Shown: positions 1 through 13,360, numbered from the stretch's first letter. The stretch: 64,000 nt of DNA from Chrysemys picta bellii (GCF_011386835.1 NC_088804.1:37634001-37698000), one strand, 5' to 3'. Made by a program: numbers and translations. The notes: generated from the letters alone by a model not told the origin.

Positions 1-709
1 CTGTAGATAAATTTGTCACATAGGAACCAATATACTAACCAAGCAGTTATTAGTGGTGCAGACAATAATGTTAAAGGTAATAAAATGGCCTCTGCATGAA
101 TGCCAGCATGGTGGCCTTGGGATCTGCTCAGTCACTTGGGGAGGCTTGAGTTTTACACCATTTCTAGCATCTCCTCCCACTCTTGCAAATAGGGCCAGAT
201 GTGCTAAAGAGACGATGAGCTTGGTGCTTGAATCTGACGACTAGACTTATAAGATATTATTCTTAGCCTTCTTTCCTCATTGGCACAAGGTCATCACATT
301 ATGCCTTCCCATTGTGCGGTGCTGCAAGACAAACAACACAATGTCATAAAGGTCAAACATGTAAAGCTGGGAAGCCTGGCTCTGAAGAGAACTCCATGTA
401 GGGTTAGTGGACCAGTTAAAGCACAGGAAATAAAGGAGGGACCGTCAGGGCTCTGTGAGGGCTGCAGCTGACCCACTCCTCCCTAGAAAAATGATATTTT
501 TAAACAAATCCGCTTTACTCAAGCTATTGCTTGGGGTACTACTCTTGAACGCCTTGCCTCTGAAATACCGTAAAGGGAAGTATTATAGGTATTCTAACTC
601 TAGATAACCAGCAGAGACAGGAGACTCCCAGAAGCTTCTGAGATGCATTTTTGATATTTTATGTCCATATCAAGATGCTTCTCTGAACCTTTTCTGACCT
701 TTCGGGCTT

Positions 710-876
710 CATAGAGTCACAGATTTTTAAGGCCAGAAAGGACCATTCTGATCATCTAGTCTCATCTCTTTATTGACAAAGGCCATAGAACTTCACCAGT
801 GATTCCAGCGTGGAGCCCAATAGCCAGGACTGAACATAGCTTTTAGAGAGACATCTAGTCTTGGTTTAAATGATTC
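710..876 (-). mobile_element. CR1 LINE 3' fragment
   Basis: catagagtcacag tail followed by ...gaaaggaccattctgatcatctagtct, the reverse of a typical CR1 3' end; similar to 18218-18300. Confidence 0.6.
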
Positions 877-1164
877 TTCCATTCTTGCTTCCCACCCTTC
901 TCTGGTTTCCCGCACTCTCCCAAACTTGTCTCTCTCTTTACAGTTCCCATTATCCGCTCTCTCTGCTCCTCCACTAAGACCCAAGCCCCTACAGGATTTC
1001 ATGGATCTTCTCTGTCTCTTAGTTACACCTCTACACAGACATGCACACACATTTTCCAGCTCTCTGGCTCCTTTGCATTTCTGGAAAGGCACAATGGGTA
1101 TGTCTAAACAGAGGGCAGCAGCCCATGGGAGCAATCTCAGAGCCCAGGTCAACAAGGATCAGGC

Positions 1165-1352
1165 TATCATGCTAAAAATAGCCATGTAGATGTTGCAGTT
1201 CAGGATCTGAAGCCTAGAGAGGGGGACGGGCTTCAGAGCGTGAACCTCAACATCTACACAGCTACTTTTAGCAAGGTCCTGTGAGCCCAAGACTGTTGAC
1301 CCGGGCTCTGAGATCACCGCTGTGGACTTCCTTTCACTGTGTAGACATACCC
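1165..1352. mobile_element. Partial Harbinger-type MITE
   Basis: Ends in gtgtagacataccc, the same terminus as the complete palindromic MITE at 54726-54976. Confidence 0.55.
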
Positions 1353-1624
1353 AATGGGGCCAAAGCAGGCACCAGGCTCAATCTTGATATCTACAATTCA
1401 CCTAGGCCTTCAAAATGAAGCAGATGGAGGTAAAATATGGGTGCCTAAAACTCGGTGTTTGAGTTAATTATTGTTTCTCTCTATGGCCCTTATCCTGCAA
1501 TGTCAGGTCAGTCCACACAGGTGGACTGCCGTTGACTTCAATTGGGCTCCAATGTTGTTCACTTAATTGCCCAGGGAGGATTATATGTACAAGAATTAAC
1601 TCTGCAAAGCATTTTCAATAGAGG

Positions 1625-1830
1625 TACTTACATAGACCCCAGCACCTTAGCATCTGAGCACTTCACAACATCCCTGTGAGTCAGGAGTGTACTCTTATTT
1701 CCATTGTACAGATGGGGAACTAAAGCACAGGGAGACTAAGTGATTTGCCCAGGTCACACAGGAAGTCTGTGACAGAGCAGGGAAAGGAACCTGGGTCTTC
1801 TGAACCCCTGGCTAGTGCATTAACTACTAT
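1625..1830 (-). mobile_element. MIR-like CORE-SINE remnant
   Basis: acagatggggaactaaagcacagggagactaagtgatttgcccaggtcacacag resembles the reverse-oriented MIR core. Confidence 0.65.
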
Positions 1831-4288
1831 TAACCTTCCTTTTCTAGCTCATATAAAAACGGTTCTTCCAAATAAAAGTTTCTCTCTCTCTCTCTCTCTC
1901 CCAGTTTTAATAGGATTAAATGGCAATACAGCCACATTATTTTATGACATTGCTGTAAAACAAAGGGATGCAGTGATGTCAGTGCCGGAAAAATGTCTCA
2001 ATAATCCGAGAAGCTGTTTAATGCTGAATTTCCAAACAGAAACCCAGATGCTCCAGTTATATTTGAGTTTGACTCTGACAATTTGAAACCTTGATAGAAA
2101 AGCAAAAAAAAAAAAACCACTTTAAAACACTAACAGACTTATCTCCACTGATGTAGCACATGCCCAACCATGAGGCTGCTGTACCCTGCAAAGAAACATT
2201 CAAATGCTGTCACAAAAAAGTTTGGCTGTGACCCTGCTTCAGAAATCAGGATTTCACTGTCTGTTAAAGCTCATCCCATATCAAGCTGTAACAGTGACCT
2301 GGCATGTGAAGAGAATCCCGAAATGTGCTTCATTTTCAGCATTTTTATGCTAATGCACGTGCCTGCAATGACTGAAGTGGGGATAAAGTGAAGTAATGCA
2401 CCATAAAACAGAAATGTAAGGTAGAGATTGTTGGAATCAGTTTCACCTCTATCCTTATAGAGAGGGTGGTTGAATCTAACATTCCCTTGTGTAATGATCT
2501 ACCGTATCAGTTGTTAATAGGAAATTTAGTGCATTTTTTATCTGCAAAGATAGTTTTATGAGACCATGCTATCTAAAAAGTTGCTTCTACCTTTCTCACC
2601 CTGTATTATAAAGTCACATCAGTTCATTTTATAACATACAGAATGGTGGGACTTGCATTAACTGTAAGACTTCAAGAAAACAGGATTATGTACCCTGGAG
2701 AGAATAAGAAATGTTCAGAATTATTTGTCCTGTCCTATAGGGCAAGAAAAAGCGGTCATTCCGTGATTTTAAAGATCCTCTAAATTTAGAACTAACACCA
2801 GGAAATAGCACTTTATATGGTCTATCATTAATTTGTGGAATTCACTGCTAAAGGAGGTCATCAAAGCAAATACTGTGGCTGCATTTTTAAAAAGGAACAA
2901 GTAACTTTATGACCATTAATAATGGTTGTAGTTATGCTGGCTAGAGTGCACATGATGTGTGCTCACATACATGAAGTGGTCACCTTAGAAACGTTTCTGA
3001 TTTTGCCTTAGATGTATAGTTAAGGGTAGCCTCAGTAGTGCAGTATTCCTTGTACTTTACATTTACTATAGGAAAATCCTAGAGACTATTTTAAATACCA
3101 GCCTAATGTTATCGAGCTATCTAAGGCAACTGGCAAGTTTAAAGGGTTATATTTGTTTGTATGTTTGGTATATGAATATATTGCTATATGCATGGATATG
3201 TATGTCTACATACACAAGCACACACACTACACATTTTTAAAGGTATATTTCAATGTAATTAGCATAACCTTTCTCTTCAGTTTGTTAATCAATTATACTT
3301 TGGGCTTCATCACAGAGGATTCAAGTATAACAGCAGCCGTTATTGTTACAAGGCACAGAACAGATTGATTCATGGTAGCTAATCAAAGTAATATAGAGAC
3401 CTTGGCACAGGCAATATTTACTTTACATCTGTCACTTAAGACATTTTACTGCCAATCAGTGCCTTCAGAAGGCTGGCTGGAACAATAGAGGTCTTTCTAC
3501 TTAATTCCCCCTATTGACTAGGGCTTACGCTGACAAAGTTCACTCGGTATGTAATCCTCAAGGCATGCACTAGCTGCCGCAGCCAAGTTTTTAGATATAT
3601 ATCCCCCTGTGTCAATGAATTGGAAAAAGGCTGCTCTTCTGAGCCAAAGCATTGAAGGTGGTCCCTGCAACAGAGCCCGCGACAGTGTACAATTGGCGTT
3701 GTCCACCGCTGAGGTGTCAAAGTGATAGAAGTGCTTACAGTAATCCTCCCTGCAGCTGCTAGATATGTGAAAGGCCTTTGATGGTTCATTGGTGACCAGT
3801 GTTTTCAGGTCAGATCTGGCCAGGAAGATCCTGTGCAATAACAAATATGTTCTCTTTCTTTCTTTCGGTTTGCTGAGGAGACCAGTATTTACAGGATGAC
3901 TCAGAAAAGCCACAAACCAGGATCAGCCTGCGAGCGAGAAGACTGGAAAAAATGTGTTTTGTGCGTCTCTCCAATGTTTGGCTCCCCTCCCTTGTTCCTA
4001 TGGAACTTTGTTGCTAGAAGTCAGAGGCCAAGATCTTAGGGATCCCATCTACAACAATGTGATCTCAAACATCCCAAGCAGCTAAATCTGGGGATAAGAT
4101 GAGGCAACTCTTTGCCCTCATGGTCAACCTGAATGGTGGGGTGAAGAGAGGAGAGTGAGTTAAAAATCATCCAGATTTCATCAAAAGTTGCTGCTTTTAA
4201 ACAGGAAGTCAAAAACACCTACTTTGGGGAACATTATTTGAGCTAGCCTGGTGCTCACACAGTCAATGCAGGAGCACCTATGGAAATA

Positions 4289-4460
4289 AGGCCTTGTCTA
4301 CACAGGGGGGTTAATTCGCACTGAGATTTTGCATCCTTGACTGGTGCATATTAGTCTGCAATAATTGCATACACACAATCAACAGTTTTCTGCATCAGTA
4401 CAAATCAGTGCATCTACAAGGCAGGGGCTTTGTGCGCACTAAATGTGAGGCATTCTGCAT
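4289..4460. mobile_element. Harbinger-type MITE fragment
   Basis: taaggccttgtctacac terminus; the other end is degenerate. Confidence 0.4.
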
Positions 4461-5019
4461 GGGCATCCAATGTGTTTTGCTTCACTCCATGTCTTCTGGG
4501 ACTTGTCTCACTGTGGGATACATAGTGGAAGTCACTGGAAGCAACTGGAATTCTGGGACTTTTATTCAACAGTTCCCATTATTCCTCTCTTACCATCCCA
4601 TGATTCATCTCCTGTGGGTGAGACAATGCCACTTTCAAATGGACAGTATTTTCTGTCTGCCATCATGGACTCTAGGCTCAGATGCTGAAAACCACCAATA
4701 CACAGAGGCTGGTGAAGATTGATCTGAGATCTGGCCACCATGGTGGCTTTGAGGGTATGTAGGTCTACCAGAGTCATTACCCCCCATGCCCAAGTGTGGG
4801 GTAGTGAAACTGAAAGGCTATGCAATATTTTTATGGTCTTGAACTTGCTGGGAGGCTTGTGTGTGTGTGTGTGTTACATTTTTAATGAATGATGGTACAT
4901 CTCTCGCTTTTCTTCTCCGATTATCATTGGATTTCAAGAACTATGATCAAAACTGAGTTAATTTACACAAATATTTATCTGTAACATTCTACCAACCCCC
5001 CAAGAAGGGGAGAGTAGAT

Positions 5020-5190
5020 AACGTTTGAGCTGACGCACAGGTCTGGAAGTCAAGAGATATGACTTCTCTTTCCAAGTCTGCCACCGACTCATTGTGTGAC
5101 CCTGGGCAGGTACTTCGCCTCTCTGCACAATTTGGATGACAATGCTGACATATATTACAGTGGGGTTGCTAGGCATAATCCCCTAATGCC
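5020..5190 (+). mobile_element. MIR-like CORE-SINE remnant
   Basis: ctgccaccgactcattgtgtgaccctgggcaggtactt core-like segment. Confidence 0.55.
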
Positions 5191-7029
5191 TGTAATGCAA
5201 CTGAGGCCTGATCCAGAGCCCAAGTGAAATCAGTTGAAAGACTCCCATTGATTTCGGATCAGGCCCTTAAAGATCTATCTAAGATCTACTCTTTATGTAG
5301 TTCCATGAGGGCACTAAGCATTTACGGACTGTGGAGCTCATACACATTTTTCCAGGACTTGGCACTGATTGGGGTTCAGAATGCCAACAGCACTTCAGTC
5401 ATTCCTCCATTAAATCAGCTTCTCACCAGATTAGAGCCATTTGGCTACAGGATTTACAGGAATTTCCCCCCACATTGTTCAAGTAGATCCCTAACGTCTC
5501 TGTAACATGTGATACAGCTGTCGTAGCTTGCTTCGATGAGGGCTTAGAATATTAATGAACTACATCGGGCTTATCAGTAAGATTGCAACATTTTACTAAC
5601 TGTTTAACTAATATCTTCTAAAAAAGCATATCCATTTTCACATACTAAACACAAAAGAGCCTGCCCAATGATTCTGTAGGTTTTTCATACTGCCCAATTT
5701 CTATGACATAAATAGCATTCTTTCCTTCGCGCTGTTCATACACAACAAATACCCGCAAGAGGGCTGCAACCAGAAGTGCCAAGTTTGCTCTGTTTTGGTC
5801 TTCAGCATCCTATGCTCCTAAGAATTTGTGTGTTTTTTTGGTGGGTTTTTTTGTTTGGTTGGTTCCATTTTTGGCTTTGGTTGGGAAGAACAAGGGGGGG
5901 AAATGAAGAAGAAAAAAATTCTGAGTCTTTGCCAAAGTAACTAGCTAACTTCCAAGGCATGTCTGTCAATGAGTTTGCTCTGGAATTTCCTCTGCATGTA
6001 CTGGAAGGTTCAGTTTTTCCATAAAACCCAGCATTCTGTTAGATTAAGGATCACATGATTATGTGAGGGGAAAGACTTGGGCCCTTGAATTTCAAGCACA
6101 TTTGTCAGAGAGTTGACAAAAGATAAGAGCCAGATTCTGAAGCCAGTGGAGTCACTCCAGATTCACACTGATGTGTCTGAGAGCGGGACTGTCAGTGTTG
6201 CTACTTCAGTGGGAATAGGGTAGAATTAAAACTGAATAAGGAACTGAGATTTGACCCCTCCAGTTTAAATTGTAATAAAACTCATTAAAATTTGGATGTA
6301 ATTTAAACTTGTCATTAGTGTGCTACAATGTGTTAACTGCAATGCTTTAACTCAGAAAATGTATTCTCATTCTATTCATCTTTCCTAGATTTAGACCAGC
6401 ACTTTACGTGATATAGTAAGTTTGCAAAACAAATATGATGATCTTCAAGTAGCCCCATATACTGGATATTTGTCTGTATCACAGAATTCAGTATCAGTTC
6501 ATTTTTCAGTCTTCACAAAGGGCTGAAATGGCAGGGGGTGTTTGCGGTCAAGACAGGGAGAAATTGGCAGAGATGTATGGGAAGCCTGACATTGCTTACC
6601 CCCATATGTCTGGCTGTAGTCACTGTAGTTAGACTCTGATTTTCACAGCAACAAAATTGAAATTGGAAAGGGGAAAAAATAAATTAAACTGGTACCTAAG
6701 ATCTTAGCTAAGCAATTGACCAACATGTGACCATCCATAAAAAACCTACATGTATGTACTTCAAGCATGATTTCGGAAGGCAAGCAGTAGGCCAAGATGG
6801 GGAATAGTGAGATAACTCTTGTGCTCTCCCTTTTACCTTTCATTTTAATTTATGAATCAATACAGTGTTAGTTTAAAGGGCCTAGAGATTGAAGCCACAG
6901 ACCAAGACTGAGATGTAGCGAATGAAGCCTCGGATCTCAGATGTATAATCCTAAAGATATTTATCATTTTATTACTTGAATTTTTATGACTGAAGTTCTC
7001 AAGTTAGCCACTAACTAGGTTCAACCTGG

Positions 7030-7330
7030 TGTCACATGCTGGGGCGCAACCCATATCAGTGAGGGGTTGTGTCACTACCTGCCCTGTAGCCTTGAGTGCT
7101 TCAAATGCTCTGCTGCTGTGGCTCACAGCCTGGATGCAGCCAACCAGTGGACATGCATGCACTGAGTGTCTGTGTGCTAAGCAGCTCTGACTCCATCATC
7201 CTGCTTGTTACACCCCAGCCACGCTCTGGAATCCACCAACGTTGGTTGCACCTGGCAAGATAACCCCAACACCTCCCCACCCAGTTCTAAATTTTCCCCA
7301 AGTGGTATGCTCTGCAATGTTCAGTCCTTT
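7030..7330. mobile_element. LTR-like fragment
   Basis: Starts tgtcaca; GC-richer than its flanks; resembles turtle LTR sequence from memory; boundaries not resolved. Confidence 0.35.
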
Positions 7331-7553
7331 CCTACATGCATGTAGCCAGAGGGTAGCGAGGCATTAAAATGTCAAAAGACGGACTAAAAAATATGGTTTG
7401 CTGATGTTTGTAAAATCTCGTGATTTGTGGGGCCAATCTCATGACTTTTTTGAGCTCGGACTTATCGTTTTTGGTCCCTAGTGGTTGGCAGTACTGCCTC
7501 TCTCAGCCAGTTCCCTGACCCTGGAAGTCTCCACAGTTCACACTCCCTGGGCT

Positions 7554-7751
7554 GGTTTCAGAGTAGCAGCCGTGTTAGTCTGTATCCGCAAAAAGAACAG
7601 GAGTACTTGTGGCACCTTAGAGACTAACAAATTTATTAGAGCATAATACATACAGAGTATGCATCCGAAGAAGTGGGCTGTAGTCCACGAAAGCTTATGC
7701 TCTAATAAATTTGTTAGTCTCTAAGGTGCCACAAGTACTCCTGTTCTTTTT
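7554..7751. mobile_element. Penelope (Neptune) pseudo-LTR insertion, inverted arms
   Basis: Antisense pLTR arm 7554-7646 then sense arm to 7751; flanked by the 12-bp direct repeat actccctgggct (7542-7553 / 7752-7763). Confidence 0.85.
7661..7700 (+). ncRNA. Minimal type-I hammerhead ribozyme motif (CCGAAGA core variant)
   Basis: GCAU-CCGAAGA-A-GUGGGC/ugua/GUCCAC-GAAA-GC-UU-AUGC. Confidence 0.65.
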
Positions 7752-9104
7752 ACTCCCTGGGCTATCTGCCTCAGAATTACCTAGCAGCTGGGTTCTTACC
7801 CTGAAGTAGGGACGCCTGTGGGAACCTACCTGTTCTCTACTGTTCTTCAGCTCAACTGCCTTTTAAAGGACTGGCTGTTCTTCAGACTATCACCTCAGCC
7901 TTAACTCCACAGCCTCAGTGTGCAGGCACCTTATTATTAGCAGGTGGGGCTGGGCCCAACACCCCTTGAAGGAGCCAGTCACTGTGTAGCACTGTTACTT
8001 TCACAGTGTTTTATTTCCACCTGTTGTGAACCAGCAGCAGCGAGGTGGAGAATGGGTAACGTGTGCTGCGCTGCTGCTGGGTCAAAGGTAAAAAGTTCAC
8101 AAGTGAGCACGCACACTCACACGGTGAAGATTTCAGACCTCCAATTTGCTGGAATTTAAAGGGATATGGTTTCGAATCATGCCTTTGGAATGCAGGTCTG
8201 ACCGTAATAGCTCAGAGAGGGAGGGATGACTGAGTATTATTAGTGTGAGGTGACAGAATGGAAGCTTTGTGCAAGTACGCTGCATGCACAGGCAATCTGA
8301 AAAATGAGCGGGACATGAATGTTGAAATTGGGGTAATGCTTGTATTCTGGCAGCTTCCATTGTTGCAGAGGGGAAACTAATGAAACATGCCAATCTAGGT
8401 TCTGCTTCAGCTCCCATCAAAGTCAATGGGAGTTTGATTGATGCCATTGGGAGCGGGTTTGAGCCCTTGCTGCCTGAATCTACCTGGCAGTGATACACAA
8501 ATACCTGTCCCTTGTAGTTTACTTAGCCAGCTGATTCTAGTTATAGGTTCATTAGGTATTTCTTCCCCCTGAATAAATAATAGTAATTTATATAGTCCTA
8601 AACGATTTTTCTGAGAAAGTGCCCCTTGATTTCCAGCCACCAGTTGTCAACGGGGGCTGTTTCCTTTCCTGTTAATAAGTATGGTTTCTTTTTTAATTCA
8701 GCCTTTCTGGAACATTACGTCACATTGCACAAGGTTATGTCAAGCCTGCATAGAAATAATTCACATCCCGTCAGATGAGCCATAAGAGTGGGCTACAGTC
8801 CAACACAGTAAAATGTGAAAGGGAAAGTAAATTGGGTTGATTCTAATGTAAATTTAGGCTATCAAATACCAGGCACAGGTCTTTGGAAAGTAACCAACTG
8901 ATTAGAAAGTGTGTTTTTTTATGTTTAGGTCCTCCTCAATTTCTTCCCCTCTTCACTTCCACTGATCATAACCTCAAAAGCTCTGTATCATGACAGAGAA
9001 GGTTGGGCATGACTCCCACTATGACTTATCAGTAGAGTTGTTCAGAAAATGGAGATTCCATCCCATGGGCAAGTCTGATGCTATTTTGACATTAATAGGA
9101 GTAA

Positions 9105-9505
9105 ATTAATTAATTTGCAAACTGGACACCATCAAATTAGGCCTGACTAAAGACTGGGAGTGGATGGGTCACTACAAAAACTAACAACTAATTTCCCCAT
9201 GCTAATTTCCCCCTACTGTTACTCACGCACTCTTGTCAACTGTTTGAAATGGGCCACCCTGATTACCACTACAAAAGTGATTTTTCCTCCTGTTGATAAG
9301 AGCTCACTTCCACTTTAATTGAATTGTCTCATTAGAACTGACCCCCCACTTGGTAAGGCAACTCCCATCTTTTCATGTACTGTGTATATATAGTCTGCCT
9401 ACTGTATTTTCCACTCCATGCATCTGATGAAGTGGGTTTTAGCCCATGAAAGCTTATGCCCAAATAAATTTGTTAGTTTCTAAGGCGCCACAAGGACCCC
9501 TCGTT
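9105..9505 (+). mobile_element. Penelope (Neptune) 3' end: endonuclease C-terminus plus pLTR
   Basis: ctggacaccatcaaattaggcctgactaaagactgggagtgg (LDTIKLGLTKDWEW) matches the EN C-terminus at 14850-14920, followed by the pLTR. Confidence 0.85.
9420..9459 (+). ncRNA. Minimal hammerhead ribozyme motif, canonical CUGAUGA core
   Basis: GCAU-CUGAUGA-A-GUGGGU/uuua/GCCCAU-GAAA-GC-UU-AUGC. Confidence 0.7.
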
Positions 9506-9543
9506 ATAGTTTGAAAAGATAATCTAATGCACATGGGCATAAG

Positions 9544-9784
9544 CAGGGCCGGCTCCAGCATTTCTGCCGCCCCAAGCAAAAAAAAAAAAAAAAAAAAGCC
9601 ACGATCGGCGGCGGCAATTGGGGGGGAGGGGGGAGCCGCGATCGGCGGCGGCAGTTCGGCAACAGGTCCTTCGCTCCTAGAGGAAGTGAGGGACCTGCCG
9701 CCCCCGAATTGCCGCAGGTGCCGCCGCTCTCCCTTGGCCGCCCCAAGCACCTGCTTGTTAAGCTGGTGCCTGGAGCCGGCCCTG
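9544..9784. mobile_element. hAT-type MITE
   Basis: Perfect 15-bp TIR cagggccggctccag / ctggagccggccctg; 8-bp TSD ggcataag / tgcataag (7/8); CpG-rich interior. Confidence 0.9.
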
Positions 9785-10191
9785 TGCATAAGCATTTCTG
9801 GTATTGGTATCTTCCTTGACGGATGAAAGTAAACTGCTTCCTGTACAACTTCGCTAGTAATTAAAGACCTGATTTTGTTCCCATGCAAGTCAATGGGAGT
9901 TTTGCTTTTGATTTCATTAGATTCAGGATGAGGCCAGAAAACCTGAGCTTTGACCTTACTCCACATTTACCAGGAGATGGAAGTCACACGCTGTAGTTTA
10001 AGATTCTGTTGGCCACATTTACCGATCAGCCTGCAGTTTGGACATCCTCTACTCTGAGACTTAAAGAGAAAGAAGCAAAATCTCACACTTCATAAAAGCA
10101 ACTATAAATTAGCATCAGAATAGACAGTTTTAAATATAAACTGTGATTAGTTGTAATAAGACTTTTCTGGAGACATATTGTTGTTACATAA

Positions 10192-10655
10192 TGTGACAAA
10201 CTGGGACTGTTCTTAATGTGGTCTTTGAATGCTGAGTGGGGAGTTTGGCTAAGACGGTCTGCATTGGGGGATGGAAGACTGGCCTTGAGGGAGGATACCT
10301 GAGCATGTAACGTGAGAACCCAGGAATGGGTTGGAGGTCAGGTGACACCTTTGCCCGGAAAACTGAACAAAGGCTGGGGGAGGAGACGCTGGAGAGAGTG
10401 AGAGTTTCAGGAGCTGGCTGGTGTAATGGAGGGGAGCCCAGACAGGGCTCTGACACCCCCAGTGGGGCTGTGGTGCCCCGGGGACCCCAATATGGACCTA
10501 ACTGGGGGGGTCCTGTTGTCTGTGCCTGCAAGACCTGTCTTGGACTGTGTTCCTGTCGTCTAAATAAACCTTCTGCTTTACTGGCTGGCTGAGAGTCATG
10601 GTGAATCGCAGGAAGCCGGGGGTGCAGGGCCTTGTGCCCCCGACACTCCGTGACA
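10192..10655 (+). mobile_element. Solo LTR (464 bp)
   Basis: TG..CA termini (tgtgaca...gtgaca); aataaa near 10563; TSD imperfect. Confidence 0.7.
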
Positions 10656-12659
10656 TATAATAATCAGGAGCCACATTCTGAGGTTCGTAGTCTTTTCAGA
10701 TCTTACTTACCTCACTGTAAATCTGGTATAATGCTAAGCAATTCCTTGGGGTTACTCCAGATTCGCACTGGCGTAAATGACAGTAGAACCTGATCCATGC
10801 CCCTCAGTCTTTATTAGGCAAACTCCAAATAAAGTTAATGGGTTTCTTGCTTCAGTGAGTACTTCAAACTTTGGCCCCAAGTTACTACAACATGATACAT
10901 TTCAAGGGGCATCTGAAGCTGGAATAGCTTCCAAACTGAAAACCATGTAAGATAGTTCTATGCTTTGTCCTACAAACTCTTTGGAGTCCTTCACATCCTT
11001 TTGGTTTCATTATTGGTTTCTGCTCTTTAATGAAGCTATCAAAAAGCCACAGCATATTTAGTCCAAAGAATTCCAATAAAACAGTTCAAAAGAAAAACTC
11101 TAACATGCCATCAATGAAATGACAAGTGTTTTATTACAATCAAATGCAGGCTGTTTATTTGGGGTTAGGGAAAAATAGGGTTTAATTCATGACAGCTGAT
11201 TTTGTGGGGGTCTGTATCAGTATCAGGATTGTATACCTGTCTGAATCAAATTATGTTTTTGATTCTGAACTGGGGGTGGAGAAAAGGCAAAGTGTAGTAG
11301 AAAATGGTTTCCCTCTCATTAAAAAAAGAACAACAGCTAAACAAAGAGCCAAGTATTTAAAAATAAAAACAAGTAAAATTCATTATCATTTATGGGGAAA
11401 CCATGAAGAATCAGAGGAAGAAAACTGTCAATGTATTTTAGAGACATGAGCAAATATTTTTCTGAAAAATCTGTGGTGGAACTTTTCATTGTCTCTGCTT
11501 CCACACAGGCAATTCGTTGCCCCTCAGATTTCACTTTCTGCATAATTTGAAAAAAAAAAGGCCAATTAAAAACTTCTCTTTGAAAATGTAAATGGCTAAT
11601 TTCAAACCTCAGCTTTCAAAGGCAACTGTGGCACAGATTGGACCCATATTTCTATAGAAATGGTCTCTGTCTTTAAAAATAAAACGCATAAGAGGATTTG
11701 TTAAAAGTAATAAAATTGAGTGAGTTGGGGGTGGGAGGTGCAAAAAAAGGGATTCCATTTGTAACAAAAAACAAACAAACAAACAAACAAAACCTTCCAA
11801 GTCTGAGTAATTGTTCCTTGACCCATTACTATTTCAGCCCTTTTAGACACTATACACAACTCATTTAACAGGATCCTTGTTATCACATCCAATTTCCTTT
11901 GAACCTCCATAGCACTTCTTGATATAGCACAAGATAGCCAGTCTTATGAATGCCAGAGGAAGTGCCTGTCTTCCTACTTCCTTCTACTAGGAGGAAGAGA
12001 TGAATGGAGATCATCTCTTCTTCCTTCACCTTTTTAGCTACCGAGGGACAGCTCAACCATTAGGCTTCTTAAGTCATTCCTAAAAATGCTACCTTGAGAA
12101 AATGCTGCCCCTGTCCCTGAGGCTGCAGCCCTGGAAATACTCATTAGCTAATGGTTAACGGTTTTTCCAAGGAGTACCCTCATCCAAAGTCATTAATTCC
12201 AGGGAAGATGTCAAACTGTGGTACAAAGACATTTGTATGTGTATTATGTGGGGACCAGCATGTAGATGTGGGCAATAGTTCAGATAATACCTCTCCATCG
12301 CTGAGATTAATATACAGGTTTCCATCTGAATGTTTCTCTTGCCTGCACCATCAAATTGGCAATAGGCTGGCTTGTGAGGAAATGGCCATCTTTCTGTGGT
12401 TCTTGACCTCAGTTTACTATGTTAAAAAGATCTTTTTATTAATCTAAATTTCCGTAAGTCAGGAAAAAGAGTCAGAGGCTGGCAGTCTGTTTCTCAAGAG
12501 CCATGCCAGCGTTACAGACGCACTTTAATATATCAAAGATTTAACACAGGAGGCTTTGAGAAGGAGCACAAGCCTCTGGGTATCACTGCTGGGTCAGACT
12601 GTTCTTCTACTTGCACTACATATGATGAAGATTTGCATCTCTGCACTAAAGCTCAGGAG

Positions 12660-12900
12660 GGGTATCACAGCTTCCCTAGCCATGTGCCATTTCGAGATCT
12701 AGCAGCTGGCCAGAGCAGGTCTTGGTGCAAAGCCACAATACCCACAACTGGGGAGCTCAGGGAGGGATTGTGTTTGTCGTATAACACAGCCTGGTCCATG
12801 GGCTGATACAGAGGAGGGTGTTGACCAGTACAAGAAGCATTCTTCCAGACTAGATGGGCTAGTGATCTGATCAAGTATGGCAAATTTTATATTCATATTA
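12660..12900 (+). mobile_element. CR1 LINE 3' UTR fragment
   Basis: Ends gactagatgggctagtgatctgatcaagtatggcaaattttatattc, a CR1-type 3' end. Confidence 0.55.
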
Positions 12901-13360
12901 TAGAGTTTTAACTTGTCCTGAGTCTCTTTGCTCCCTGAGGGTGTTGCTCATATAGCAGTAGGAACTATTCCTCTCCAACAGATAGTTACTGAGTCTCATT
13001 TCCAATGTACACAGGTCTGACTTATGTCAAAAGAGTGAGGATTTTACGTTTTAATCATGTTCCACGTGAATTAGCATGTACATCCAGGACTGAATGGACT
13101 CCTTCCCTTAAACTTTTCAACAGTGTGTTTCTGGATTGTGGCATGAAAAAGAGAAAGGGGGAAATCTAAATATGAATTACTCAGGCTTCCTTACTTGTAG
13201 GAAAGACTTCATTTTATTATTTACAAGAGACTTCCACTGGCTGCCAACCACTGAATGCTTAGAAAGACCAATGTATATCTTAGCAATCTCCAACAGATAA
13301 TACATATAGGTTAAAATTCATCTTTGGTGTAAATCCATTTGTGGTGTATCCATTTGTAGC

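Noticed and set aside
9454-9966. Overlapping 99-170-aa ORFs
   Set aside because: They run through a GC-rich hAT MITE and its poly(A) run; low-complexity artefacts
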